This document shows, in pieces, positions 20,980 through 30,575 of a DNA stretch of 64,000 bases. Source of the DNA: an uncultured delta proteobacterium (GTDB lineage Bacteria > Desulfobacterota > Desulfobacteria > Desulfobacterales > UBA5852); assembly GCA_963850465.1 (NCBI GenBank), contig CAWKLN010000044.1, positions 37,401 to 101,400 on the forward strand. Direction: 5' to 3'. How positions within the stretch are numbered: the first letter of the stretch is position 1; each line of letters begins with the position of its first letter. The notes under the pieces are model-generated. The model was given only the letters and a program-made list of their open reading frames with translations. It made no database searches and was not told the origin of the DNA. The position numbers and the translations under genes were made by a program.

Positions 20980-22281
20980 TCACACCTCCAGGAGTATGCG
21001 TTCCGGATTTTCGACGAATTCCTTGACGCGGCGCAGGAAGGTCACCGCCCCTTTGCCGTCCACGATGCGGTGATCGTAGCTCAGGGCCACGTACATCATG
21101 GGGCGAATGACAATCTCGTCGTCCACCACCACCGGCCGCTTTTCAATCTTGTGCATGCCCAGAATGCCGCTCTGGGGCATGTTCAGGATGGGGGTGCTCA
21201 ACAGCGAGCCGTACACCCCGCCATTGCTGATGGTAAAGGTGCCCCCTTCCAGATCGGCCAGTTCCAGGCGGTTGGATCCTTGATTTTGGCCACATAATCC
21301 GCGATGCCCTGCTCGATATCGGCAAAACGCATCCGTTCGGCATGCCGCAGGACCGGCACCACCAGGCCTTTGGGGGCCCCCACGGCGATACCGATGTGGC
21401 AGTAGTCATGGTAGACGAAAGTCCTGGCCGTCGATGAAGGCGTTGATTTCAGGAATTTCCCCCAGCGCCTCGACACAGGCTTTGACGAAAAACGACATGA
21501 ACCCGAGGCCAATACCGTGCTTTTTCTGAAAAGCTTCCTTGTAAGTGGCGCGTATCGCCATGGCGTGGCTCATGTCGATCTCGTTGAAGGTCGTCAGCAT
21601 GGCCGTGTTCTGTTTGGCCGCCAGAAGTCGTTCGGCGATCCGCCGGCGGATCGGGCTCATGGTTTGCCTGCGTTCGGTTTCAACACCCGCGTTCGGCGCC
21701 GGCACTGGCGCTGCAGCAGGCGCGGGTTCACCGGCCGGCCGCCCCTCCAGGTAAAGCAGCACGTCCCCTTTGGTGATCCGCCCCCCCGGACCGGTGCCCG
21801 TAGATCGTGGCCGGATCCAGATGGTTTTCGGCCACCAGACGCCGAACGGCCGGCGACAGCTGTGGCGCTTCCGACGCCGGGGCCTCTTTTTCAGCTTCGG
21901 GCGATTTGGTGTCTTGCGCTGGCACTGCCGGTGCCTCCTCTTTCAGCCGCTTCGGCGCGGTTGGCCTCCGTTTCGGGTTCCAGTGGCTTCGTGTCCTCCT
22001 CCGCTTCGGGTGTCCTTGGCCTCCTTCGTCGCCGTCTCGCCGGCCACGGCGGTGTCGATCTTACCCACCACCGTGCCAATGGCCACGGTTTCGCCTTCCG
22101 GTACCAGAATCTTCAACTGACCGGCCGCTTCGGCCTCCACTTCCAGCGTCACCTTGTCGGTTTCGATAACGAACAGGGGCTCGTTCTTGGCAACACTGTC
22201 GCCGTCCTGTTTGAACCATTCCGCCAGAAGGGCTTCGGTAACGGATTCTCCAACACTGGGAACTTTGATTTCAATGGTCAT
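20980..22281 (-). pseudogene. sucB: Dihydrolipoamide succinyltransferase (SucB, E2o) broken by about five frameshifts
   Basis: Collinear SucB segments are spread over five ORFs or frames. They are the lipoyl domain (22281-21943, IETDKVTLEV), the linker, the E3-binding [81 protein letters not shown], and [32 protein letters not shown]. Confidence 0.85.
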
Positions 22282-22292
22282 CTGGCTCTCCT

Positions 22293-25041
22293 CTAATTCG
22301 CCCCCGCACTGGCGGCGCGGTCCGCTTCTTCGATACCGGCCGCCTTATCGATGATGGCATCCTGCAGGCGTCGGTAAATCTTGGGATATCCGGTGGCCGG
22401 GCTGGCCGCGGCGGGCCGGCCCACATAGCGCAGGGGCCCGCTCAGTAACGGCTCCAGGCGCGGCCGCACAAACTGCCAGCCGCCCATATTCTCGGGCTCT
22501 TCCTGCACCCACAGGAACTCCCGGGCTTTCTTATAGCGGGCGATCACCTTGCGGAGGGCGCCCTCCGGGAAGGGGTGGAACTGCTCCAGGCGAATCAGGG
22601 CCACTTTGGGCATCCCCGGGGACCTGATCCGCTGAAACAACTCATAATAGATTTTGCCACTGCAGAAAATCAAGCGCTCTGCCGAAGGGGACCCATCCGC
22701 GTCGTCCAGAACGGAAGCAAAACGCCCCCTGGGCCAGATCATCCCGGGAAGACACCGCGGCCGGGTTGCGAAGCAGACTTTTGGGGGTCATCACCACCAG
22801 CGGTTTCCGGCAGGTCTGGTGAACCTGTCGCCGCAAGAGGTGGAAGTACTGGGCCGGCGTCGTGGGGTAGCATACCTGCATGTTGTCATCGGCGCACAGT
22901 TGCAGAAAGCGCTCCAGGCGGGCGCTGGAGTGTTCGGGCCCCAGGCCTTCAAAACCGTGGGGCAGCAGCAGCACCAGGCCATTTAAGCGCTGCCACTTGG
23001 ACTCGCCGCTGGCGATGAACAGATCGATAATCGCCTGGGCGTTGTTGGCAAAATCACCGAACTGGGCCTCCCACATCACCAGGACATCCGGCCGCATCAT
23101 GGCATAGCCGTATTCGAAGCCCATGACGCTGAATTCGGCCAGCAGGCTGTTGTACACCTCATAGGTGGCCTGATCGGCCGTCAGGGTGTTCAACGGCACG
23201 TGGGAAGCGCCGGTTTCGACATCCATCCAAACGCTGTGCCGCTGGCTGAAGGTGCCCCGGCCGCAGTCCTGGCCGCTGAGCCGTATCGGCGTTCCTTCCA
23301 CCAGCAGCGATGCCAGCGCCAGGGATTCCGCATTGGCCCAGTCGATGCCTGTGCCGTTTTCGACCGCTTCCAGGCGCTTGTCCATCTGACGGACCAGTTT
23401 CGGATTGAGTTTAAACCCCTGCGGTTCTTCGCGGAGCCCACGGGCCAGCTGGATAAGCGTATCGCCCGGCACCCCGGTGGCGACCGGATCATGGCTGAAG
23501 GTGCCGTGATAATCGCTCCAGTTGCTGAAGAAACGATCCTGGGGAAACAGGCACTCACTGCCATGAATCCTGTCGAAAGCCTGCTCGAGTTCGTCACGAA
23601 TCGCCTGTTCGATTTGGGCCACTTCCGCCTTGGTGACAAGACCGTCCGCCATCAGGGCTTCCGCATAAAGCTTGTGCAGGGACGTCCGGCGGCGAATGCG
23701 GCCGTACATCCCCGGCTGGGTGAAATAGGGTTCGTCGCCTTCGTTGTGTCCGTAACGGCGATAACAGACCAGATCGATGACGACGTCCTTGCCAAAGGTG
23801 TTGCGATAGTCGCAGGCCATGCGCGCCACGTGCAGCAAGGCTTCCGGGTTTTCCCCGTGCACATGGAATATCGGCACCATCAGCATCTTGGCCACATCGG
23901 TCGAGTAGCGCGTCGAACGGGCATCCTTGGGCAGCGTTGTATACCCGATCTGGTTGTTGATGATGATGTGCAGCGTGCCGCCGGTGCGGTAGCCCTCCAG
24001 CTGGGACATGTTCAGCGTTTCGGCCACGACCCCCTGCCCGGCAAAAGCCGCATCCCCATGGATCAGAATCGGTAGAATCCGATGCCGTTCCGTTCCGGCA
24101 AGATCCTGTCGGGCACGGGCAATCCCCTCCACCACGGGGTCCACCGCTTCCAGGTGGCTGGGGTTGTTGACGAGATAGACCCGCTGCGCGTGTCCGTCGC
24201 TGGTGGTCAGGTCGGCCAGGTAGCCGTTGTGGTACTTGACGTCACCGGCCCCCAGGAGGGCGTCCGGGTCGTAGCAATGCTCAAACTCGCTGAAAATGTC
24301 TTCATAGGATTTACCCAGGATATGGGTCTGGACATTCAAGCGCCCGCGGTGGGCCATACCCAGGATGATTTCCTGGCCGCCGCGATGGGCGGCGTGGTTC
24401 ACCAGGTCGTCCAACATGGGAATCAACCCGTCCCCGCCCTCCAGCGAAAAGCGGGTCACGCCGACATATTTGCGGTTGAGAAACTGTTCGAAAAGGGCGG
24501 CCCGGAACAGGCGTTCCAGGATGCGCAGACGCGTGGCCGGCTTGATTTCCGGATGGTTGCGGACGGGTTCCATCCGCTCCTGCAGCCAACGGCGCTCCTC
24601 CGGGTCCTGCAGGTGCATGTATTCCACGCCGACGGAGCGGCAGTAGGTTTCCTTCAGGGCCTTGATGATCTCTTTGAGCGGCGCCATGCGGTTGGTGGCA
24701 AAGCGCCGGGTGAAAAACGGCGTTTCGAGATCCGCGGTCTTGAGCCCCAAAGCGCCCAGTGCCAGCAAAGGGTGATCGATGGGACAGGCTTCCAGGGGGT
24801 CCATGCAGGCCAGGAGGTGGCCCATATCGCGATAACGGTACTTCAGCGCTTCCACGCGGGCCTGTCGCAGCATCCGGTCCTCATCCCACTCGCCTTGGCC
24901 GACCGCGCCGCCCGCCTCGCGCGCCATTTCAAAGCCTTTGAAGAAATGCTGCCAGTCCGTGGTGACGGATTCGGGGTCCTCCCGCCAGCGACCGTATTGG
25001 TCCTCTATGAAATCGGCATGGTACGTTTCGAAGACATTCAT
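22293..25041 (-). pseudogene. sucA: 2-oxoglutarate dehydrogenase E1 component (SucA) with one frameshift near the C-terminus
   Basis: The long ORF carries SucA-like sequence from MNVFETYHADFIEDQY (ATG at 25041, AGGAGGAG RBS) to ..MTPKSLLRNPAAVSSRDDLAQG. The sequence continues in another frame as RFASVLDDADGSPSAERLIFCSGKIYYEL..WVQEEPENMGGW. The shift falls at the C5 run 22725-22729. Confidence 0.85.
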
Positions 25042-25377
25042 GGGCAGTGCTCCTCCTGACGGGGGTAGGGCGGCTGAAATGGGCGGCGTCAGGCCCTGGC
25101 AGACGGCTGGACGGGAGATCGTCTGCGGACATGTTAGTGGGTGGCATCCATCAGCCGGCACGGCAATCTCGCCTGCACAACCGGCCGGGATGCCTGAAAT
25201 GATAAAAAAGGACATGCGGGTTGTCAAACACTATCATTGCAATAACAGCGGCGGTCGCCTGCGGAACCGGTCACAGGGAATCGTGTTGCAGGCGGGGGCC
25301 AACTGGATTATAGCCAGGTAATCACGCGGTCCCGGCCGCAACCGCTATCGATCCGGCGGAACGGCCGGCCATAAATA

Positions 25378-26379
25378 ATGATGGAGTCCATGCGCCCCAT
25401 GAATGCCAAGGATGCGGAACAACTGCGACGCCTTGCAACCGATCTGCCGCCGGGAACCAAGTTGCGCCTCACCCTGACCCGGCATGCCCGCAGCGATGAA
25501 TTTCAGGCCTTCGGCCGCCGCTTGAGGGAGGTGGCCCCGGGTATCGATATCCTGACAGACGTCTCTGCAGATCCCACGCCGCCGTGGATGGAAACGACGG
25601 GCGGCATCCGCTTCCAAGCCCTGCCGGAGGGCGACAAACTGGGCAGCTTTGTCGACGCGCTCAAACCTCTCGATGGCGGCGACAACGCCCTCCTGCCGGC
25701 CCATCACGAATTGCTGACCCGCATGACCCTGCCGGCCGAAATCCGGCTCTACATCGCACCGGGATGCCCGTTTTGCCCACGGGCCCTGCAGGCATGGGTT
25801 GCCCTGGCCCGGGCGAGTGAAAAACTCCGGCTGCAGGTCATCGACGGGGCCCTTTTCCCGGAAGTGGCCCGGGAAGCGAACATCCAGGCGGTGCCGACCC
25901 TGATCCTCGATGGGCATTTACGCTGGTCCGGTCGCATTCCGATCGCCGATGTTCTGGAGCAGCTTGCCACCCGCGACCCCAGCCGCCTGAGCGCGGACGC
26001 CCTGGATGGCATCATCAAAGAAGGACAGGCCGAACAGGTGGCCCGGGCCATGATCGAAAGCGGCACCCTGTTCCCCGCGATCATCGATCTTCTGAGCCAT
26101 AGCAAGTGGCCGGTGCGACTGGGGGCCATGGTCGTCATTGAAACCATTGCCGCGGTGGATCCGCGACTGGCCGCCCAGGTGGTGCCGTTCCTACGTCAAC
26201 GCTATGAGCATCTGGACGACCCGGTCCGGGGCGACGTTCTCTACATTATCGGCGAAACCGGCGATCACCGGGCGGTGCCGTTCTTACAGGAAATTATGGC
26301 GCACAGCACCAACCCGGAACTGCGGCAAGCCGCGATTGAAGCCCTTGCCACCATCGCAGCTCCGCGACAGGATCCGTAG
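25378..26379 (+). CDS. Thioredoxin/glutaredoxin-fold protein (AhpF-N-terminal-like, CPFC) fused to HEAT-type repeats
   Basis: 333 aa. IAPGCPFCPRA..VPTLILDG is a thioredoxin-fold active site, preceded by a Cys-less Trx-like unit. The C-terminal third has PBS-lyase/HEAT-like repeats (HSKWPVRLGAMVVIETIA; GDHRAVPFLQEIMAHSTNPELRQAAIEALATI). Confidence 0.6.
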   Translation: MMESMRPMNAKDAEQLRRLATDLPPGTKLRLTLTRHARSDEFQAFGRRLREVAPGIDILTDVSADPTPPWMETTGGIRFQALPEGDKLGSFVDALKPLDGGDNALLPAHHELLTRMTLPAEIRLYIAPGCPFCPRALQAWVALARASEKLRLQVIDGALFPEVAREANIQAVPTLILDGHLRWSGRIPIADVLEQLATRDPSRLSADALDGIIKEGQAEQVARAMIESGTLFPAIIDLLSHSKWPVRLGAMVVIETIAAVDPRLAAQVVPFLRQRYEHLDDPVRGDVLYIIGETGDHRAVPFLQEIMAHSTNPELRQAAIEALATIAAPRQDP

Positions 26380-26433
26380 AACAGACACCCTATACGCCGA
26401 CGCGCCGGCACGTCTTCCCAAGGAGTCGACCGC

Positions 26434-27195
26434 ATGCCCCATCAACAGTTTGAATTTATCAACCGCCGTGGCCTCACCCTTTCCGCCCAGTTGGACGCCC
26501 CTTCGGAAGCGCCGGCCGCAACCCATGCCCTGTTCGCCCATTGTTTTACCTGCGGCAAGGACATCAAAGCCGCCTATTACATTGCACGCGCCCTGAACCG
26601 GGCCGGCATCGGGGTGTTGCGCTTTGATTTCACAGGCCTGGGGGCAAGTCAGGGCGAATTTGCCGACACCAATTTTTCATCCAATGTCACCGATTTGATC
26701 GATGCCGCCCGCTATATGGAAACCCAGCAAATGCCACCAAGCATATTAATCGGACATTCCTTGGGCGGTGCCGCCGTTATCCAAGCCGCCGTATCCATCC
26801 CCTCCGTCCGTGCCGTGGTCGCCATTGCGGCCCCATCCGAACCGGCCCATCTAACACGCCATCTGGAAAGTATTCGTGAACCCCTGCACCGGCAGGGGGA
26901 AGCGGATATCACCATCGCCGGTCGCACGCTTAAAATAAAAAAACAATTTTTAGACGATATCGCCCAAGTCGATATCGACCAGGCGCTAAAGGAGCTGAAC
27001 CGTGCCCTTTTGATCCTGCACTCGCCGCATGACACCGTGGTGGACATCGAAAATGCCGCCCGGCTCTATCGCACCGCCCACCACCCCAAAAGTTTCGTCT
27101 CGTTGGACCGCGCCGATCATATGCTGTCCGACCCGGAAGATGCCCGCTATGCGGGCGGGATGATTGCGGCTTGGGTACAACGTTATTTACCCTGA
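26434..27195 (+). CDS. Alpha/beta hydrolase
   Basis: 253 aa. Nucleophile elbow GHSLGG. The HCFTCGKD..RFDFTGLG N-terminus is typical of the hydrolase half of hydrolase/OsmC family proteins. Confidence 0.7.
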   Translation: MPHQQFEFINRRGLTLSAQLDAPSEAPAATHALFAHCFTCGKDIKAAYYIARALNRAGIGVLRFDFTGLGASQGEFADTNFSSNVTDLIDAARYMETQQMPPSILIGHSLGGAAVIQAAVSIPSVRAVVAIAAPSEPAHLTRHLESIREPLHRQGEADITIAGRTLKIKKQFLDDIAQVDIDQALKELNRALLILHSPHDTVVDIENAARLYRTAHHPKSFVSLDRADHMLSDPEDARYAGGMIAAWVQRYLP

Positions 27196-27384
27196 AAATC
27201 GAATCGAAACCGCCCGTAACCCGCTGTGTCCAGCTAAAAATCGAACGGTTGGCGCACCAGGCTTGAAAAGATTTCCAGCGGGTATATCTTGACATGAACG
27301 GATCGCAGAGACGCGAACGGTGTCCGCGCCAGATTGTAAAGGGGTGTTCCCTTTTCAACATTCGGCCGGCATGAAGGAGGGAGC

Positions 27385-27657
27385 ATGATCGACAAAGCTC
27401 AATTATGCGCTAAAATTATCGAACTCTATCCGGATATCGGCGAATGCGGCATCGATGTGAAAGTCGCATTTGACAGCGACAAGAACGCCTGGGTCGTCGA
27501 TTTGAAGAAAGATACATTTGAACTGAAGACCCACCTCGAAGACGGGGATGCCGATAAATGCTTGATCGGCCAGCAATGTGTCGGCCTCGGCATCGAAATC
27601 GCTCAGTTGCGGGCCAATATCGAACGACTCAAGGAAGACACGCAGGCCCGCTATTAG
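27385..27657 (+). CDS. Hypothetical 90-aa protein
   Basis: Good RBS (GAAGGAGGGAGC before the ATG). Coding-like acidic sequence with a coiled C-terminus. No motif recognised. Confidence 0.45.
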   Translation: MIDKAQLCAKIIELYPDIGECGIDVKVAFDSDKNAWVVDLKKDTFELKTHLEDGDADKCLIGQQCVGLGIEIAQLRANIERLKEDTQARY

Positions 27658-27719
27658 TCGTAGGCCGGACGTGCTCTGAAACACCCACAACGGTTTTCCC
27701 TTGACATTAAGGATGCCGG

Positions 27720-29087
27720 ATGACGCGATATCGCGAAGAAAACGATTCCATGGGGATTGTTCGGGTTCCTGAAACAGCCTACTACGGGGCCCAGACCCAA
27801 CGGGCCGCAGACAATTTCCCTCTCAGCGGGCTGCGTATGCCACAGCCCTTCATCCGCTCGCTGGCCCTGATCAAGGGATGTGCCGCCCGCGCCAATCTGG
27901 CCCTGGGGCTTCTGGACGCCAAACCGGCCGAAGCCATTGCCAGCGCCGCCCAGGAAGTCTATCAGGGGCAGTTCGGCGACCAGTTCCCGGTCGATGTGTT
28001 CCAGACCGGATCCGGAACGTCCACCAACATGAACATGAATGAAGTCATTGCCGGCCGGGCCAACGAACAACTCACCGGCCAGCGGGGGGGCCGCGCGCCG
28101 GTTCACCCCAACGACCACGTCAACCTGGGGCAGTCCAGCAACGACGTCATCCCCACCACGACCCATGTGGCCGCTCTCACACGGATGCATGAACGGCTTT
28201 ACCCGGCATTGGCTGGCCTGCAGGCCGCCCTGTCGGAAAAAGCATCCGCCTTCCGCGATGTTCGTAAAATCGGGCGGACCCACCTGCAGGATGCCGTGCC
28301 CATGACGCTGGGCGATGAATTCAGCGGCTATGCCCGCCAGATCGAGCTGGCCCGCGAGCGTTTCAGCGATGTTGAGCGTCGTTTGGCGGAACTGGCCCTG
28401 GGGGGTACGGCGGTTGGCAGCGGCATCAACACCCATCCGGAATTCGCCGGCCGGGTGATTGCGGAATTGAATGCGGCCACCGGCCTGACCTTCCGTGAAG
28501 CCGCCAACCATTTTCAAGCCCAGGCCTCCCAGGATACCGCCGTTGAACTGAGCGGCGCGCTGAAAACCCTGGCCGTGGCACTGGTAAAAATCGCCAATGA
28601 CCTGCGCTGGCTGTCGTCCGGACCCCGCTGCGGGCTGGGTGAGATCAATCTCCCGTCTCTGCAGCCGGGTTCTTCCATCATGCCCGGCAAAGTCAACCCG
28701 GTGATACCGGAAGCGGTGATCCAGGCCGCCGCCCAGGTGATCGGAAACGATACGGTGATCAGCCTGAGTGGGCAGTCCGGCAATTTCGAACTCAATGTCA
28801 TGCTGCCGGTTACGGCACACAATCTCCTGCAATCTCTCGAACTGATGGCCGCCAGTGCCGAAGTGCTGCACCAGAAATGCCTCGAGGGCATCACGGCCAA
28901 TCGGGATCGGTGCGCCGCCAACATCGAACAGAGTCTGGCGCTGGTGACCGGACTGGTCCCGCTGATCGGATATGACCGGGCCGCGGCGATTGCCCACGAG
29001 GCCTACCGGACCGGGCGGACCATTCGCGAACTGGTCAAAGAGGAAGGTCTTCTGGACGACGATACGTTAAACCAAGTGCTCTCCTGA
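27720..29087 (+). CDS. fumC: Class II fumarate hydratase
   Basis: 455 aa with the GSSIMPGKVNP signature, TGSGTSTNMN and HLQDAVP motifs. Confidence 0.92.
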   Translation: MTRYREENDSMGIVRVPETAYYGAQTQRAADNFPLSGLRMPQPFIRSLALIKGCAARANLALGLLDAKPAEAIASAAQEVYQGQFGDQFPVDVFQTGSGTSTNMNMNEVIAGRANEQLTGQRGGRAPVHPNDHVNLGQSSNDVIPTTTHVAALTRMHERLYPALAGLQAALSEKASAFRDVRKIGRTHLQDAVPMTLGDEFSGYARQIELARERFSDVERRLAELALGGTAVGSGINTHPEFAGRVIAELNAATGLTFREAANHFQAQASQDTAVELSGALKTLAVALVKIANDLRWLSSGPRCGLGEINLPSLQPGSSIMPGKVNPVIPEAVIQAAAQVIGNDTVISLSGQSGNFELNVMLPVTAHNLLQSLELMAASAEVLHQKCLEGITANRDRCAANIEQSLALVTGLVPLIGYDRAAAIAHEAYRTGRTIRELVKEEGLLDDDTLNQVLS

Positions 29088-29150
29088 GCCTGGCCGAACG
29101 AGAAAAAGGCGGATGGAGGGCCGTCGATCAATCGCCGCAACCCATTGTAA

Positions 29151-30155
29151 TCAAAGCCGCAAGCAGGAAGACGCGCACAGCCAGTCCGCCACCGGGCACG
29201 ACTTCGCAGACCTCTTTGGCCCCAAACCGACCGCCTGAACCGCCTCCGCCACCTCCTCCGGGTGATACCGGCACCCTTTGAGGTCGGCCGCCAGCTGCGC
29301 CAACGCCGATGGTGCGCCCTCAGGCGCCGTCAGGTCCAGCTGGGTCACGATACCGCGTCTTATCCGAATCAGGGCCTCACACCATCCCCAGGGAAAACGC
29401 GCGCGGCGACGGAGCGAGAATTCAGGTGAACGCCCGACGGTCCAATCCCACGACCGATATTTGGACTGGGCCAAGTCCTGGATTTGGGACCAATCCGTGG
29501 GTGTAAGTGCCACGGACGTCACGCTCCCATGCAAAGCCGCAAAGGATTGGATTAAGGCGACCCTAACTTTGGCGGTCGTCAGCGCGGGCCGATAGCGAAT
29601 CAGGTTCGTCACCGGGCTGCGCTCCGAACTGCGCCCTCGCGAAAACAGCACCTCGCTGTCGGATGTCAGCATGCGTTGCAACCTGTCCAGGTCGGCAGAC
29701 ACGAGCAGCGTCCCGTGGGTGAGGCATTTCCCCTGCGCACGATACTGTGCGGTCCCGGTAACCTTCTTGCCTTTCAACAGGATATCATGGCGGGCATTCA
29801 GGCGGGCCGACAATCCCAGCGCCTTCAAACCGTCCAGGACAGGCCGTACCGCTTCCCCGGGCGAAGGAAAGGGCGCCGCCCCGCAGGCTTGGATCAAACT
29901 GAAATTCAAGTTGCCCGGGCCATGGTAAACAGCGCCCCCACCTGATATGCGTCGCACGACCGCAACCTGCCCCCGCGACGCCTGCTGCAGGTTGACTTCG
30001 ACATGGGGAATTTGATTGCGGCCGATCACCACCGCCGGATCGTTGATATAGAAAAGAAGAACCGTTTCACCGCCCCGGAAACGTCCCATCAGGAACTCTT
30101 CCAGCGCCAAATTCACCGCCGAGTCCCTATAAGATAGATTGTCGATCATTTGCAT
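29151..30155 (-). CDS. lplA: Lipoate-protein ligase A
   Basis: VVIGRNQ, RRISGGGAVYHGPGNLNFS and the GKKVTGTAQ lysine motif. The likely start is MQMIDNLS at 30155; the ORF track extends to 30278. Confidence 0.8.
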   Translation of the reverse strand: MQMIDNLSYRDSAVNLALEEFLMGRFRGGETVLLFYINDPAVVIGRNQIPHVEVNLQQASRGQVAVVRRISGGGAVYHGPGNLNFSLIQACGAAPFPSPGEAVRPVLDGLKALGLSARLNARHDILLKGKKVTGTAQYRAQGKCLTHGTLLVSADLDRLQRMLTSDSEVLFSRGRSSERSPVTNLIRYRPALTTAKVRVALIQSFAALHGSVTSVALTPTDWSQIQDLAQSKYRSWDWTVGRSPEFSLRRRARFPWGWCEALIRIRRGIVTQLDLTAPEGAPSALAQLAADLKGCRYHPEEVAEAVQAVGLGPKRSAKSCPVADWLCASSCLRL

Positions 30156-30575
30156 GGACGATGCTCCTGCGCAAAAGACGAGGCACGGTTGGTTTCCGGG
30201 AATACCATACCCTCCCCGGGGCATCAAATCCAGGATAGGCGATGAAATGCCCGATACGCTCCTGTTGGAATATATCATTGACAGAAAATGGGCGCCTCGA
30301 TAAACTAAACTGCTTGAAATAATTCATTGATCAGGATGTTGAACCGCCCCTGGCGAGAACTTATGGCAACGGCTTCGTCTCCTGGAAAGCCGCTGTCCTA
30401 TTCCGTCTGACAGGCTGTTGCGAAGCACAACGCGCGTCACTGGCGTACGGCGAAAACACGATTTTTACAGATCATAAATGGGTATCGTGACGTGAGCTGA
30501 ATTTTAACGCCACCAATGCCGTAATATTTCAACAACCCGCTAAAATGCGCCGTTGCCGCGATAGGGGCGCCAAAA

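Noticed and set aside
27654-28997. Long ORFs antisense to real genes. Examples: 447 aa opposite fumC; 14034-15494 opposite lpd; 19646-21073 opposite lpd2; 9592-10860 opposite actC; 53932-55041 opposite cydB; 55701-56636 opposite cydA; 23200-25059 opposite sucA.
   Set aside because: Their translations are Arg/Gly/Pro/His-rich and low in complexity, typical of stop-poor antisense frames in GC-rich DNA. The opposite strand carries strongly recognisable conserved proteins in every case.
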